A model generated the notes under the pieces. The model saw only the letters and a list, made by a program, of their open reading frames with translations, was not told where the DNA came from and searched no databases. The translations under genes were made by a program, and so were the position numbers. Source: Alloascoidea hylecoeti (lineage: Eukaryota). From it: a stretch of 64,000 nucleotides of DNA. The stretch spans positions 79,527-143,526 of the forward strand of contig BCKZ01000010.1 of the NCBI GenBank assembly GCA_001600815.1, written 5' to 3'. Below are positions 1-11,080 of this stretch, one piece after another; position 1 is the first letter of the stretch; every line of letters begins with the position of its first letter.

Positions 1-750
1 AAAGATAATATATTGACAACCGAAATGATTCATTCTTTTGATGTAAATCAAGCAAATGACACAAATCTTCATTTTGAATTTACTGATGGTTTGATTAACG
101 GTGTTCCATGGCTTGATTTACTCCATAGCCCAAAAATGTATACCTCCAATGATGATTACTCATTTACTTACACGAATTCTGAAATGAAAGCAACAGACTT
201 TTATCTTTTCAGTTGTGATAATAATGGTACAGAGGAAACTTATGTATATGATTTCACTCCTACTGAATATACTGAAACAAATATCACCGTAGAAACCTTT
301 ATCAACTGTACAGACAAGTTTTATGAAGAAGAAAAGTTAGTCGACTCCAACGCTCATAAAATTATCAATCCTCTCTTTATTAGATATACTTGGCTGCACG
401 AACATAAATATATAACACTGGATGATGAAGTTATTAGTGATACAAGTGGGTTTGCAAGTAAAGCACTTTATTTGAATCCTATTAATATTAATGGTTCACA
501 AAGATATTATCTCCCTAAAAATAGTAAATATACTAATATCGAAACCAGATATGTAATCCATAATGGACTTATAGCTTTAATGTGCTTTGTTATACTAGTT
601 TGGGTTATAATGTTAGCTATTCCTACACTGAAAAGATCATCTACTATCATTTTTATTGAAGAGCAAGCTATTGAATCCGCGAATCCATTTTTTCAAACCA
701 TATTTTTAGATTCTCACGTTAATTCTAATGAAAATAGCTCAAATTTATGA
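1..750 (+). CDS. 3' part (5' end outside window) of an unassigned membrane glycoprotein; paralog of 5295..7265
   Basis: Aligns without indels to 6516..7265 (offset 6515). Has several N-x-S/T sequons and a C-terminal hydrophobic helix (GLIALMCFVILVWVIMLAI). Confidence 0.85.
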   Translation, partial: KDNILTTEMIHSFDVNQANDTNLHFEFTDGLINGVPWLDLLHSPKMYTSNDDYSFTYTNSEMKATDFYLFSCDNNGTEETYVYDFTPTEYTETNITVETFINCTDKFYEEEKLVDSNAHKIINPLFIRYTWLHEHKYITLDDEVISDTSGFASKALYLNPININGSQRYYLPKNSKYTNIETRYVIHNGLIALMCFVILVWVIMLAIPTLKRSSTIIFIEEQAIESANPFFQTIFLDSHVNSNENSSNL

Positions 751-3227
751 TTATTTTAAATTAAATATGCGATTTATATATTAATTAATAATCATTCCAT
801 GTGTCTGTATAAACTTTGAACCATAATCTTTCACCATCCTATGATGGTATATTTCATCAGCACGGCCTAGATCAAGTAGAATCACTGTTTAATCAATTAT
901 AAAATGATTTGCGATTCAAATTGTGACACATTAAATTTCTGACGCAAAAAGTTAAATTTGGGGTGATAAGTAACCAAATAATTATCTTACACATAAGATA
1001 ACTCACATACTAGTTTCTAACACATCTCTAAATTAAATAGTTCTCAAGTATTATTTTAGTTAATTTCCAAATAGTTTGCTATAGCTATATTAACTCCCAA
1101 AATTTTCGTTAATCCAAATAGATGAAAACTCTGTACACATATCTGGATCTGTTTATATCATGCCATTCCTTGAGTTCCGATATCATGTCTGACGATTCTG
1201 TACTAGCTTAACACAGTCGGTAAACTCAAAAGTTATAGCTTTTTTGGAATTGGATATACCCTCCAAATAAAAATGTCGATATCAATTATAACCAGCTACT
1301 GAGTACTCTGAAAGGCCTATACCTTAGACCTTTCCTAGAAGAGTGAGGAATGTTCCGTAAATTTTATAGATTCCATTAATCTGTTTATGTGAAATGATAA
1401 TTTATGCTTAGTACATACTATGCAGTGTTGGCCCTCTTACCCCTATAAACGGCTGCTACGAAGCACGGAGTGAATTAGATTATCAATGATATCTATATTG
1501 ATACCACTAAGATGCAATATTTTGAAAGAAATAAACATTAGGTCTTTTTTACTTCTACACCATTTTGAAGGCTGATAATCGTTGCCTTATGATGAACCTT
1601 TTTGGGGAGATTTCACAGGTGCTTAATTGAATTTCGATCCGGCAAATATGACTGCCGCTTCCACTCTAACAGGTCTATTTTGTTGTGTTATAAACCAATG
1701 TACCAGCGTTATGGATAAGTTTGCTATCCCGCATGAATATGACACTCGGAAATCTCTTGAAAACCCTCTTCCAAAAGTTCTATACCAAGAACGTTTAGTG
1801 GCTCCTCTTTTGTCCTATTGTGGACTCCTTTCCAAACTATAGCTCATGGCCATACCTTATAATAATTACAGGACCAGATTATTAGTGATATTTTGAGCTT
1901 CAAATGCCTGGAGTAATTGTTGTCGAGCATATACTTTTCTGGATCCAAATTTGAATACTGAACCGACCGAACATTCATCACTTAATACGCCTTCATCCCG
2001 GGCATCTTGAGCCACTCCAATCTATCCGTATGTCATATATTTATATTCCTTCGAATTTTCTCATTCGAATAAAACTTTTTTACATGCCGGAAATGTTCTG
2101 TTCTTTAAAAAGGGTTTTTACTTTGATATCTTCATATTGAACGTATTCAAAAGGGAAGCTTTTATAATTTTCATAATTTTTTGATTTACCACCCTTTTCT
2201 AATTCGAAGAAAGCCAGAAAAGTTGTTTGCATACTTCTTTACGGTGAACGCACAGTTTAAAGGTTAATATTAAGTCTTTTCCCTATTTTGGAAACTGAAT
2301 ATGGATATACATATATGATTACTCAGATTACATGTTAATTTCAAATTTTCAATCCACCTAGCTGGTTGCAATTTCTTTTTAGAATTACAATTATCCAAAA
2401 TCGTAACTCTAGAAGTCATTATATCATATTTCTATAGTATATTTAAAAAGATGACTTTTTTTTGAGGGTGTCAGAACAAGATGCATAAAGTTTGGTGAGC
2501 ATGAGCCATCTTTACATAAATTCACCCTAGAAGAGAAAACACAGTGACTAGATAGTAGTACTGTATGTATAGTCAGTGGAAATTCGTGATCGTGAAAATA
2601 TAAGGAACCTAGTGCTGTGATCTTACACTCATAAGTTATAACGTTATATCCATTTGCATTTGAGGTGTAGATGATTAAATGCCAATTGCAATTGATTGTG
2701 TTTATACATAGTATCACATGACACATACCCAATGGATATACTTTGTATCTTTACTTACAAATAATCAAACATATACGTTAGCATGTAAATTGATTTGAGA
2801 TGATTCTCATTTATAACCTGTATGTAACTTATGTAAGTATGTATACAGTTTCAATAACAGCTGATCTCTTAGTACTGTGTACTTAAATTAAAAACATTTC
2901 CTATCTTTAAAGAATGGGAGATGGTAATGTTGTAAATCTGGTGGTGTATTACTGTGAATAGCCAGATACTTTTGGAATATTTAATAACATTAATCCAACT
3001 ACTATCGAACGTAAACACAACTATGGGGAATTTGAAATTTGTATTGTTCGAATTCATTGGCTGTAGAATATAATTATACGCATATAACAGCATCTATTTA
3101 ATTTTCTACTAAAAAACGCTATATTCAGGTAATCTATAATATTAGGAAGTGTAATTCTTTAAATTTGAGCAAACTATTACATAAATATCAATCTTGCCTA
3201 TATATGACAACTGAAACCAAATTAAAA

Positions 3228-3842
3228 TTATTTTAAGTCATATAGCATTGGTGATATTGTCACTTATAGGCAGATCATTCTTATCGCTTCTGATCGATTT
3301 TCAAACAGGATTAAAACAGCAAATCTTTGGCTGGTATTAAACAATGCAGTTTTTGTTATATTTCTTCAAGGTTTCGGGAAAATTTGGCCATGGAGAGGCC
3401 CTAACAAGTGAACTTTTTCAAAGTGATCGCAACTTAATCACCGCTACTGAAAATTTTGTGTTGGACCGTCCTTCTTCCTCCAATAATATGAGCTCAAATA
3501 TCGTGATATTGTTCTTGAGAGTTATGAGTCTACAGCTAGATTTATACCTAGGACTGGGAATAGATGGAAAACTAACACAGAGCAATAGGAGCAATTAAAA
3601 GTATACTCATTGTACTTTTATATCTTGTTGGACTTGGGATCTCTCGATTACTCAGTGTTCCCATTCTGTATGGAACTAATCCTGTGTTCATCTTACCAAA
3701 CCCAGAATCAGATGAATATGGTGATAAAAATTATGTAAATGAAACAGGAGATTCTCTTATTAATNTCCAATTTACCAACAGAGTGTACCCGTGGGCTTAT
3801 TTTTATGATAAATTTCCATTACATCCCAATGGATTACCTACA
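3228..3842 (+). pseudogene. Degenerate partial copy of the 5' third of the 5295..7265 gene
   Basis: Matches about 5295..5990. ATG is changed to ATT, with several deletions and frameshifts in the first ~380 nt. About 3620-3840 is near-identical to about 5775-5990, then homology stops abruptly. Upstream 3095-3225 also resembles 5066-5290. Confidence 0.9.
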
Positions 3843-5294
3843 ACATAAAGTGAACAAGATCTACACGGGCCGCAGAGATTTTAACTGGACAAAAAATTGA
3901 CAAAAAAAACACTTTATATAACAAACGGAGTTAATGTGTTTCCTGCCTTTGTAATGCTGTTGTTCAGATAAATTGCATAATAAAATGCATAAGACCAATA
4001 TTCTGTATGTACATTACTAGTAGCAATCATGAGTTTAATTTTGTTCTGTACAATTTGGTTGTTCTTTTCACTCACACCATTTTGAAAACTGCTATGAGGC
4101 GCTGTATTTTCTAAAATTATACCATTAATCTACAAAACAGATTGGTTTTATTTCACATTATTGGCTTTAATTTATACTACTTTACATGTTAAATAGAGTA
4201 AAAGTCCCAGAATGCACGCCATACCCAGCCAAAAATACTTACCTGGCACCCAAAATTGTTACATTTCAACCAGGAATTGCAAGCCAGCAACAAGAATTAT
4301 CAAAAGTAGTACCATATATTCTAACTACTAAGTTCTACTTAATCTCATAATTTTGATGATATATGTTCGATATTATATTTTGTAAATCTTGTTGTGGTGC
4401 GAGCATTCTTCTTTGATTTAGCGTATTGACCTCACTATCTCCAATACACATATCTCTTGGTTATAATTATTTCCAGACACTGTATGCAATCAATGCCTGT
4501 CCCCTCTCAGAAGTCTGAATTTCAATTAGAATGGATTTTAAGAGATCTTCGAGCACTGTGATGGAATATGAGATAATAAAGTTTTCTGCATCCCCTTGAT
4601 TTGTCCAAGTGCATAGATCAACATCAAATATCTCATATATTTTTACTTTCTGGCCACGATTTGTAAGATTCTTTTAAATTCCCGGTAGCTTTCTTTCCAT
4701 CAATCATCTATTAAATGATTTTTTCCGAGATTTATTTGCCTACTTCTAACTACACTTTTCGCTTACGCAAACCTCTCCTAACGCAAATTTCTTCTAGGCT
4801 TGGAATGGAATATTTAATATCTTTAATTCAACTAATCTTATAAGTAATATATGTTAAGCCAAAATAAGCTACTATAAACAGCAATGTCAAATATCTTTAA
4901 ACCAACTACGATGTATATAAAAGGACTCCCAATAGTAAACACTCTCATCCATCTTCCGAATAAGTAAGAGATCTAAATTGAAAGGGATAATTAGCTGCAG
5001 GGTCTGCGGTTTCTTGCATAATCAGACCCTTACAGTATACAAGTGAGTTCGGGTTAATAATAGAATCTATTTAATCTTTCCTAACAATGCTATATTCAGC
5101 CCAACTTTCTGAATTGAGGTATTTTTATTAACTATTATCATTTTTGTATTTAAGATCTGCAAGACTTATGATATATTACTCATAATATAGGTTCATGAAG
5201 ACCTCGATCTCTTATATATTGGCCCTACTCCCTTAAATTATAAAAACTACTATATAAGCATCAGTCTTGTATATAACTAAACTATATAATAAAA

Positions 5295-7265
5295 ATGATT
5301 TTGAATCATATAGCATTGGTGATATTGTCACTTGTAGTGGGACATGCGTCTGGGCAGATCATTCTTATCGCTTCTGATCGATTTTCAAACAGGATTAAAA
5401 CAGCAAATCTTTGGCTGGTATTAAACAATGCAAATGTTGTTATATTTCTTCAAGTTTTCAGGAAATTTTGGCTATGGAAAGGCTTGAAGCGTTCACAATT
5501 CCAAAGCGAAAGAGATCCAACAACTGAACTTCTTCAAAGTAATCGCAACTTCACATCTGGAGGATTAAAGGTCACCGTTACAGAAAATGGTATGATAGCT
5601 AGTTCTTCTTCCTTGGGGAGTACAAGCTCAAATTTGAAGAATGATAATCGTGATATTGATCTTAAGAATTTTGGGCCTGCATCTGGATCTAGAGCTACGG
5701 CTGAAAATAAATGGAAAACCCACCCAAAACCTATGGGGACATTTAAAAGTATATTCACTATACTTTTATATATTGTTGGACTTGGGATCTCTCGATTCCT
5801 CAGTGTTCCCATTCTGTATGGAACTAATCCTGTGTTCATCTTACCAAACCCAGAATCAGATGAATATGGTGATAAAAATTATGTAAATGAAACAGGAGAT
5901 TCTCTTATTAATGTCCAATTTACCAACAGANTGTACCCGTGGGCTCATTTTTATGATAAATTTCCATTACATCCTAATGGATTACCTAACAAAATTGATG
6001 GATCATTAAGTACTAGTGAAATTATGATGGGTCTTTATGCAACGGAAATGGCAAAACTCTTAGAAATTGAAGAGGAATTAAATACCNAAGAAATATCTTT
6101 ATACAATCTGTCATTGACTGAGTCATTGGCTGAAGCTTCATTCTATCATAGCAATCATTCATTTATTGATACTGGATTTTCCTCANTATTTACAACATAT
6201 AATAACTCAGTTGATACTGTTCCGGTGCCAATCATTTCAATTCCTAATTCTACATATACTTCAAGGGTATCATCTATGTTCTTAGCTAAGTATGCTAAAG
6301 ACGGACATCCTAATTATAAAATTCCTACTATTTTACGTCAATTATTAATAAACAAAGAGTATTTTAAACTTGAAACTTATGATCCAAAAAAAAGGAACTA
6401 CTATAAAATGCCAATATACTACATGTATTATGGAACTTTTGATTTTGGTGATTTAGCGACAGAATATAATCTCAGTACGGCTACTCCTTATGTTGGTCTA
6501 TTCAACGGCTCTATTAAAGATAATATATTGACAACCGAAATGATTCATTCTTTTGATGTAAATCAAGCAAATGACACAAATCTTCATTTTGAATTTACTG
6601 ATGGTTTGATCAACGGTGTTCCATGGCTTGATTTACTCAATGAAACATACATGTATACCTCCAATGATGATTACTCATTTACTTACACGAATTCTGAAAT
6701 GTTAGTAACAAAATTTTATCTTTTCAGTTGTGATAATAATGGTGAACATGAAACTTATGTGTATAATTTCTCTCCTAGTAATTACGCTGACACTAATATC
6801 ACAATAGAAGATTTTGTCAATTGTACAGATGAATTTTATGAAGAAGCAAAGTTAGAGGGCTCCAACGCTCGTAAACTTATCAATCCTCTCTTTATTAGAT
6901 ATACTTGGTTACATGAACATAAAAAAATAATACTGGATAAAGAAGCTATTAGTAAGACAAGTGGGTATGCAAGTAAAGCACTTTATTTGAATCCTATTAA
7001 TATTAATGGTTCACAAAGGTATTTTCTCCCTAAAAATAGCAAGTATACCAATATTGAGAGCGAATATGTCATTCACAATGGACTTATAGCTTTAATGTGC
7101 TTTGTTATACTAGTTTGGGTTATAATGTTAGCTATTCCTACACTGAAAAGATCATCTACTATTATTTTCGTTGAAGAACAAGCTGAAAAATCTTCGAAAT
7201 CATTCCTTCATACAATTTTTGCAAAATCTCATTCAAACTACAATGCAAATGGTTGGGATTTATGA
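5295..7265 (+). CDS. Unassigned 656-aa membrane glycoprotein (hydrophobic N-terminus, internal TM, large Asn/Thr/Tyr-rich ectodomain, C-terminal TM)
   Basis: Long ORF with hydrophobic segments near aa 1-25, 40-58, 153-175 and near the C-terminus. Many N-glycosylation sequons. Duplicated within the window. Confidence 0.85.
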   Translation: MILNHIALVILSLVVGHASGQIILIASDRFSNRIKTANLWLVLNNANVVIFLQVFRKFWLWKGLKRSQFQSERDPTTELLQSNRNFTSGGLKVTVTENGMIASSSSLGSTSSNLKNDNRDIDLKNFGPASGSRATAENKWKTHPKPMGTFKSIFTILLYIVGLGISRFLSVPILYGTNPVFILPNPESDEYGDKNYVNETGDSLINVQFTNRXYPWAHFYDKFPLHPNGLPNKIDGSLSTSEIMMGLYATEMAKLLEIEEELNTXEISLYNLSLTESLAEASFYHSNHSFIDTGFSSXFTTYNNSVDTVPVPIISIPNSTYTSRVSSMFLAKYAKDGHPNYKIPTILRQLLINKEYFKLETYDPKKRNYYKMPIYYMYYGTFDFGDLATEYNLSTATPYVGLFNGSIKDNILTTEMIHSFDVNQANDTNLHFEFTDGLINGVPWLDLLNETYMYTSNDDYSFTYTNSEMLVTKFYLFSCDNNGEHETYVYNFSPSNYADTNITIEDFVNCTDEFYEEAKLEGSNARKLINPLFIRYTWLHEHKKIILDKEAISKTSGYASKALYLNPININGSQRYFLPKNSKYTNIESEYVIHNGLIALMCFVILVWVIMLAIPTLKRSSTIIFVEEQAEKSSKSFLHTIFAKSHSNYNANGWDL

Positions 7266-8172
7266 TTCTTTAAACTACTCTTAATTTACGATGTTGTAGA
7301 CAGATTTATAATTAGTTTCGTCGTGTAGTCACATTATTAGCTTTTGGATATACAATATATTTATAATTCACGTATTCTCGCGATTGTAGATTCTTTCGAG
7401 ATTCATATCCGTAATAATGAATATTATTAGTTGATCATGAGAGTTCAAAAATCAGAACAGCTATAGCAGACAATAGATGGACTAATCAAACAACCTTTCA
7501 GGCCTTGATTTATGCTCAATTTGGTCATAGGTTACAATTAAATTAGGCCATTATGATAGCAGATGAAAGTGAGAGGATTGTTAATAAATTCTCATATTGA
7601 GCAGAGTGAAAGTCTCAGAATGCAGGTCACATTGCAGAACTTATACATATTCTGCTAATTTGTTGTTTCATTGATTGTCTCAAATAACTAAATAGAAGAG
7701 TCATTTTGATCTAAATAAGACCATCTATATATGTATATTGTAATTAATTATAAGATTACTTGTGTGTTTTACTTGCCATATTCATATTCACTCTTAATAT
7801 TAATCTGTCTATTCTTATTATAACTTAATCCCCATATTGGCGAATAATAAGACGTTGTACAATTAGACCATTTCATATTTATTAAGAGACTATTTGTATT
7901 TTGTTCACCACAATTTATGTGAGTTCATCACAGTCCAAATGTAGTGGTGTTAAGCGGACAAATTGTATGCATATTTTTCCCGATTGGAATTAACATTAAA
8001 AAAATATCTCTACAGCGAAAACACATTGGGTATTATTTAATTCTATTTTGCTTAAATCAATCTGGCTATATCAAGATCAAATCTATTAGAATGGCTGTCG
8101 GAACCACAAGATCCGATATACCACAATGTAAGACAAAAGATGAAATGTATATTATTATTTATTATATAAAGT

Positions 8173-8329
8173 TTATACTTGGGCATTTGAAATTGGAGGA
8201 TATAAATCATATTCAAAATCAAAAATATAATCTAATTTAAAATCCCTTGAATCCCAAATAAATTTCCAAACAGATGTATCAACAGGGCTTATATTTTCAA
8301 TTTTAATTATATTTTTAAAGTCATTATTA

Positions 8330-8361
<32 letters not shown>

Positions 8362-10269
8362 TTTTAAAGTTTCTTCTTTTGAACTTCTTTTAAATAATAT
8401 TATATCATCTCTAATTTTACGCATTTTTGATGCAAATTTAACATAAAAAACTTCTTCTTTCAAAATTTCTGGTGATTTATAACCTGATGATGATAAATAT
8501 TCAATTTGTTTTAAAATTCTTTCAGGATTATAATTTCTTAATGATGATGCTGCTGATAAACAAAAATCTGAAGCTAAAAATTGTATCAATGAAATATCAT
8601 TTTTTGGATTATTTTTATTATCTATAGTTAATGTAAATGGTAAATTTTCAATATTTGATAAATCAAGATTTTCTAATGTTGTTCCCTTTTCACGTGGTAA
8701 TGAGAATCCTAAATCCCAACTAATTGATTTATCAAGTAATGTTTGATCATCATCTGTTAATGTGTCTTCCCAAGTTAAGAATGTAGCGTTACTAAAATAT
8801 GAACCGGCAAAAACTGCATCTTTAATAAATAATGATTTTAAACCAATATTTGTAACTTGTGGGAATCTTACTGATGAAATTTTTGAAGTTATAGGATTAT
8901 ATTGATCAATGGCATTATCATCAATAGTTTCACCTGTAAGAGCAGATACTGTATAAGGATGTGGAATTGAAACAATAGTATAAAAATCACCTTCTTCATT
9001 TGTTGGGAAATGATCCATTATTTTTATTGGTAAATCTTTTTTGCAAACACCACATGCTTCACCACTGGGTATTTCAACTCTTGGTTTATCATTGCCATCA
9101 TCTTTCCCTTCATCAGATTCTGAAATGTATCGCATATAAGAAATTGTAGGCATACATGTTTGACCAGCAGTGTATAAAGGACATTGAGCTAATCTTTTAG
9201 CTAATCGAATTGCAGGTCTTAATAACAAAGAACTTGGTCCATCATTTTTAAAAGGATTAACAATAACTATACCATCTTTATAAGTTTTATGGAAGGTTTG
9301 TTTTAAATGATCATTTAAAATTAATGGAGCATCATCATAATCAACAGTTTTACCAAAAATTTCATCGAAATTTGATGGTAAATAAGTTGCAAAAGTATCT
9401 TCATCATTTTTTGATTCAAAATGTGATTGTAAAGAATCAAAATGACCATTAAAAATATCAGACATAAATTTATTAGTTGGTTTACCATAAATAATATCTG
9501 TACCATATCCATCAAAACTATGCATTCCATCATATTTACAATTTAATAAAGTTGATAGTATTTCATTATTCTTAACATTCCGTATAGTAGGGAAAACCGT
9601 ATAGTGTGTAATCAATCCACCACCAACAGCTTCCCAAGCTACATATTTGAGATTAAGTTTCTTCACACGTTCCCTTTCGCCATCGTCTTCAGTATTTACA
9701 TTTTTAATGTATTCAATGTATCGTGGATGTATACGAGCATCTCTTGGTCTTAGTACAATTGGATTAAAACCTACAGCACGCCACGCCCTTGCCCATTGAT
9801 TTATGAAAGCATCAGTTGTTCTAAGTTCGACGGAACCAAGTGATGGGATATTATCTTGATCATGATAGGTATATATTGGACATCTTTGAGTTTCTTGATA
9901 GGCAACATTTTTGGTTCCTTTGTCAGAAAGTTGGGTAAAAGGAAGTCTTGGTGATTGTTTATAAGGTGGGAGAAAGTATGTTCCAGCGACTAAGGAATCA
10001 ACATCAGGTCCAAGATTTGCAACACTTTGTTGGGAGTTTTCTTCCTCGGATTGTTTCTGCTGCTGTACCTGGTGGTTTTGTGAAATTTTATCGTCAACAT
10101 TTTCAGTTTGAGGAAGGTTGTTTTTGGTAGCTGAAATGTTTGTCGTATCATTATTATTCTGAATAATTGAATATAAGAAATAAATGACCAAAGATCCAAG
10201 AACAAGTATAAGACCATTTCTTTGTATAAAAGCTTTGAGCTTATAATTCCTTAAATTCCGTGAGGCCAT
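8173..10269 (-). CDS. Type II membrane protein of a conserved fungal hypothetical family (possibly glycosyltransferase-like)
   Basis: 698-aa ORF: short basic N-terminus, single TM, Q/E-rich stem, then the motif WARAWRAVGFNPIVL, which I recall from filamentous-fungal homologs. Function is inferred only. Confidence 0.8.
8323..8361. repeat. (TTA)n microsatellite encoding poly-Asn
   Basis: Visible tandem ATT/TTA run inside the 8173..10269 CDS. Confidence 0.9.
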
Positions 10270-11080
10270 ACCTCTTAAAATTTGATATACCTATATGATG
10301 CCTTAGGAAGTATAAGGTTAAAAGGTGGAACAGATTTAAACACTATTTGGCTTTTACATATGTTCTCATATTTACGCTTTCAATACTCACATATACGCTT
10401 ATTAACAATTAAACTTAACTCAGGGTATCAAAACCTTAAAGTCTATTTTTTCTTTTCTAAGACTTTTTTCTATTTAAATAATAAGTTTATTACTTTAAAA
10501 ACTTTAAAAGAATTAATGAAATATAATTAACGTTTTTTATAAATATCTAAGATATTAATAAGAATAATAAAAATTTAAATGATATATTATAAATGATATA
10601 ATAGTATATTGAATAATGATAATGAGAATGATATATTGATAATGAAATAAAATAAAATAATGAGAAATGAACAATGAAAAATAAAAAAAATGAGAAATAA
10701 CGTTTTTTTAAAACATAAAAGTTCTAAAAAATATGATGACATTAACAACCAATACTCCAGGAACCAAAATTATTTGAACAACATTAATTGCAAATAGTTT
10801 AGGAAAATTAGATCTAGAAATCTAGGAAGAATGCACCGATCCGAACAAATAAAATTCAACATCTTTCAATAAATGAAAAAAATATAAAAAATAAAATAAA
10901 GGAACATTCTAAATTTAAATTTTAATGAAACAAATATATATGAGGAAAAGCTTAATGTTAGTTTCAACAAATGTTAATATTAAATAATTTTCATCATGAA
11001 TAAACGATAATAAACGAGAGGACTTTTCGTGAATAGTAGAAATAAAAGCAGAATATTAATTAAACTGAAGTGAAAAAGAG

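Noticed and set aside
864..890. GGCCTAGATCAAGT resembling the U2 snRNA 5' region
   Set aside because: The invariant GTGTAGTATCTG branch-recognition sequence is missing.
4235..4360. ATACTTACCTGGCA, identical to the U1 snRNA 5' end, with an Sm-like ATAATTTTG about 110 nt downstream
   Set aside because: No U1-70K loop (GAUCA..), no proper CAUUGCAC stem-loop II and no closing helix. It is equally explained as a minus-strand CAG|GTAAGTAT or by chance.
4990..5056. tRNA-like A-box/B-box hints (TAGCTGCAGGGT; GAGTTCGGG)
   Set aside because: No acceptor or T stem can be folded.
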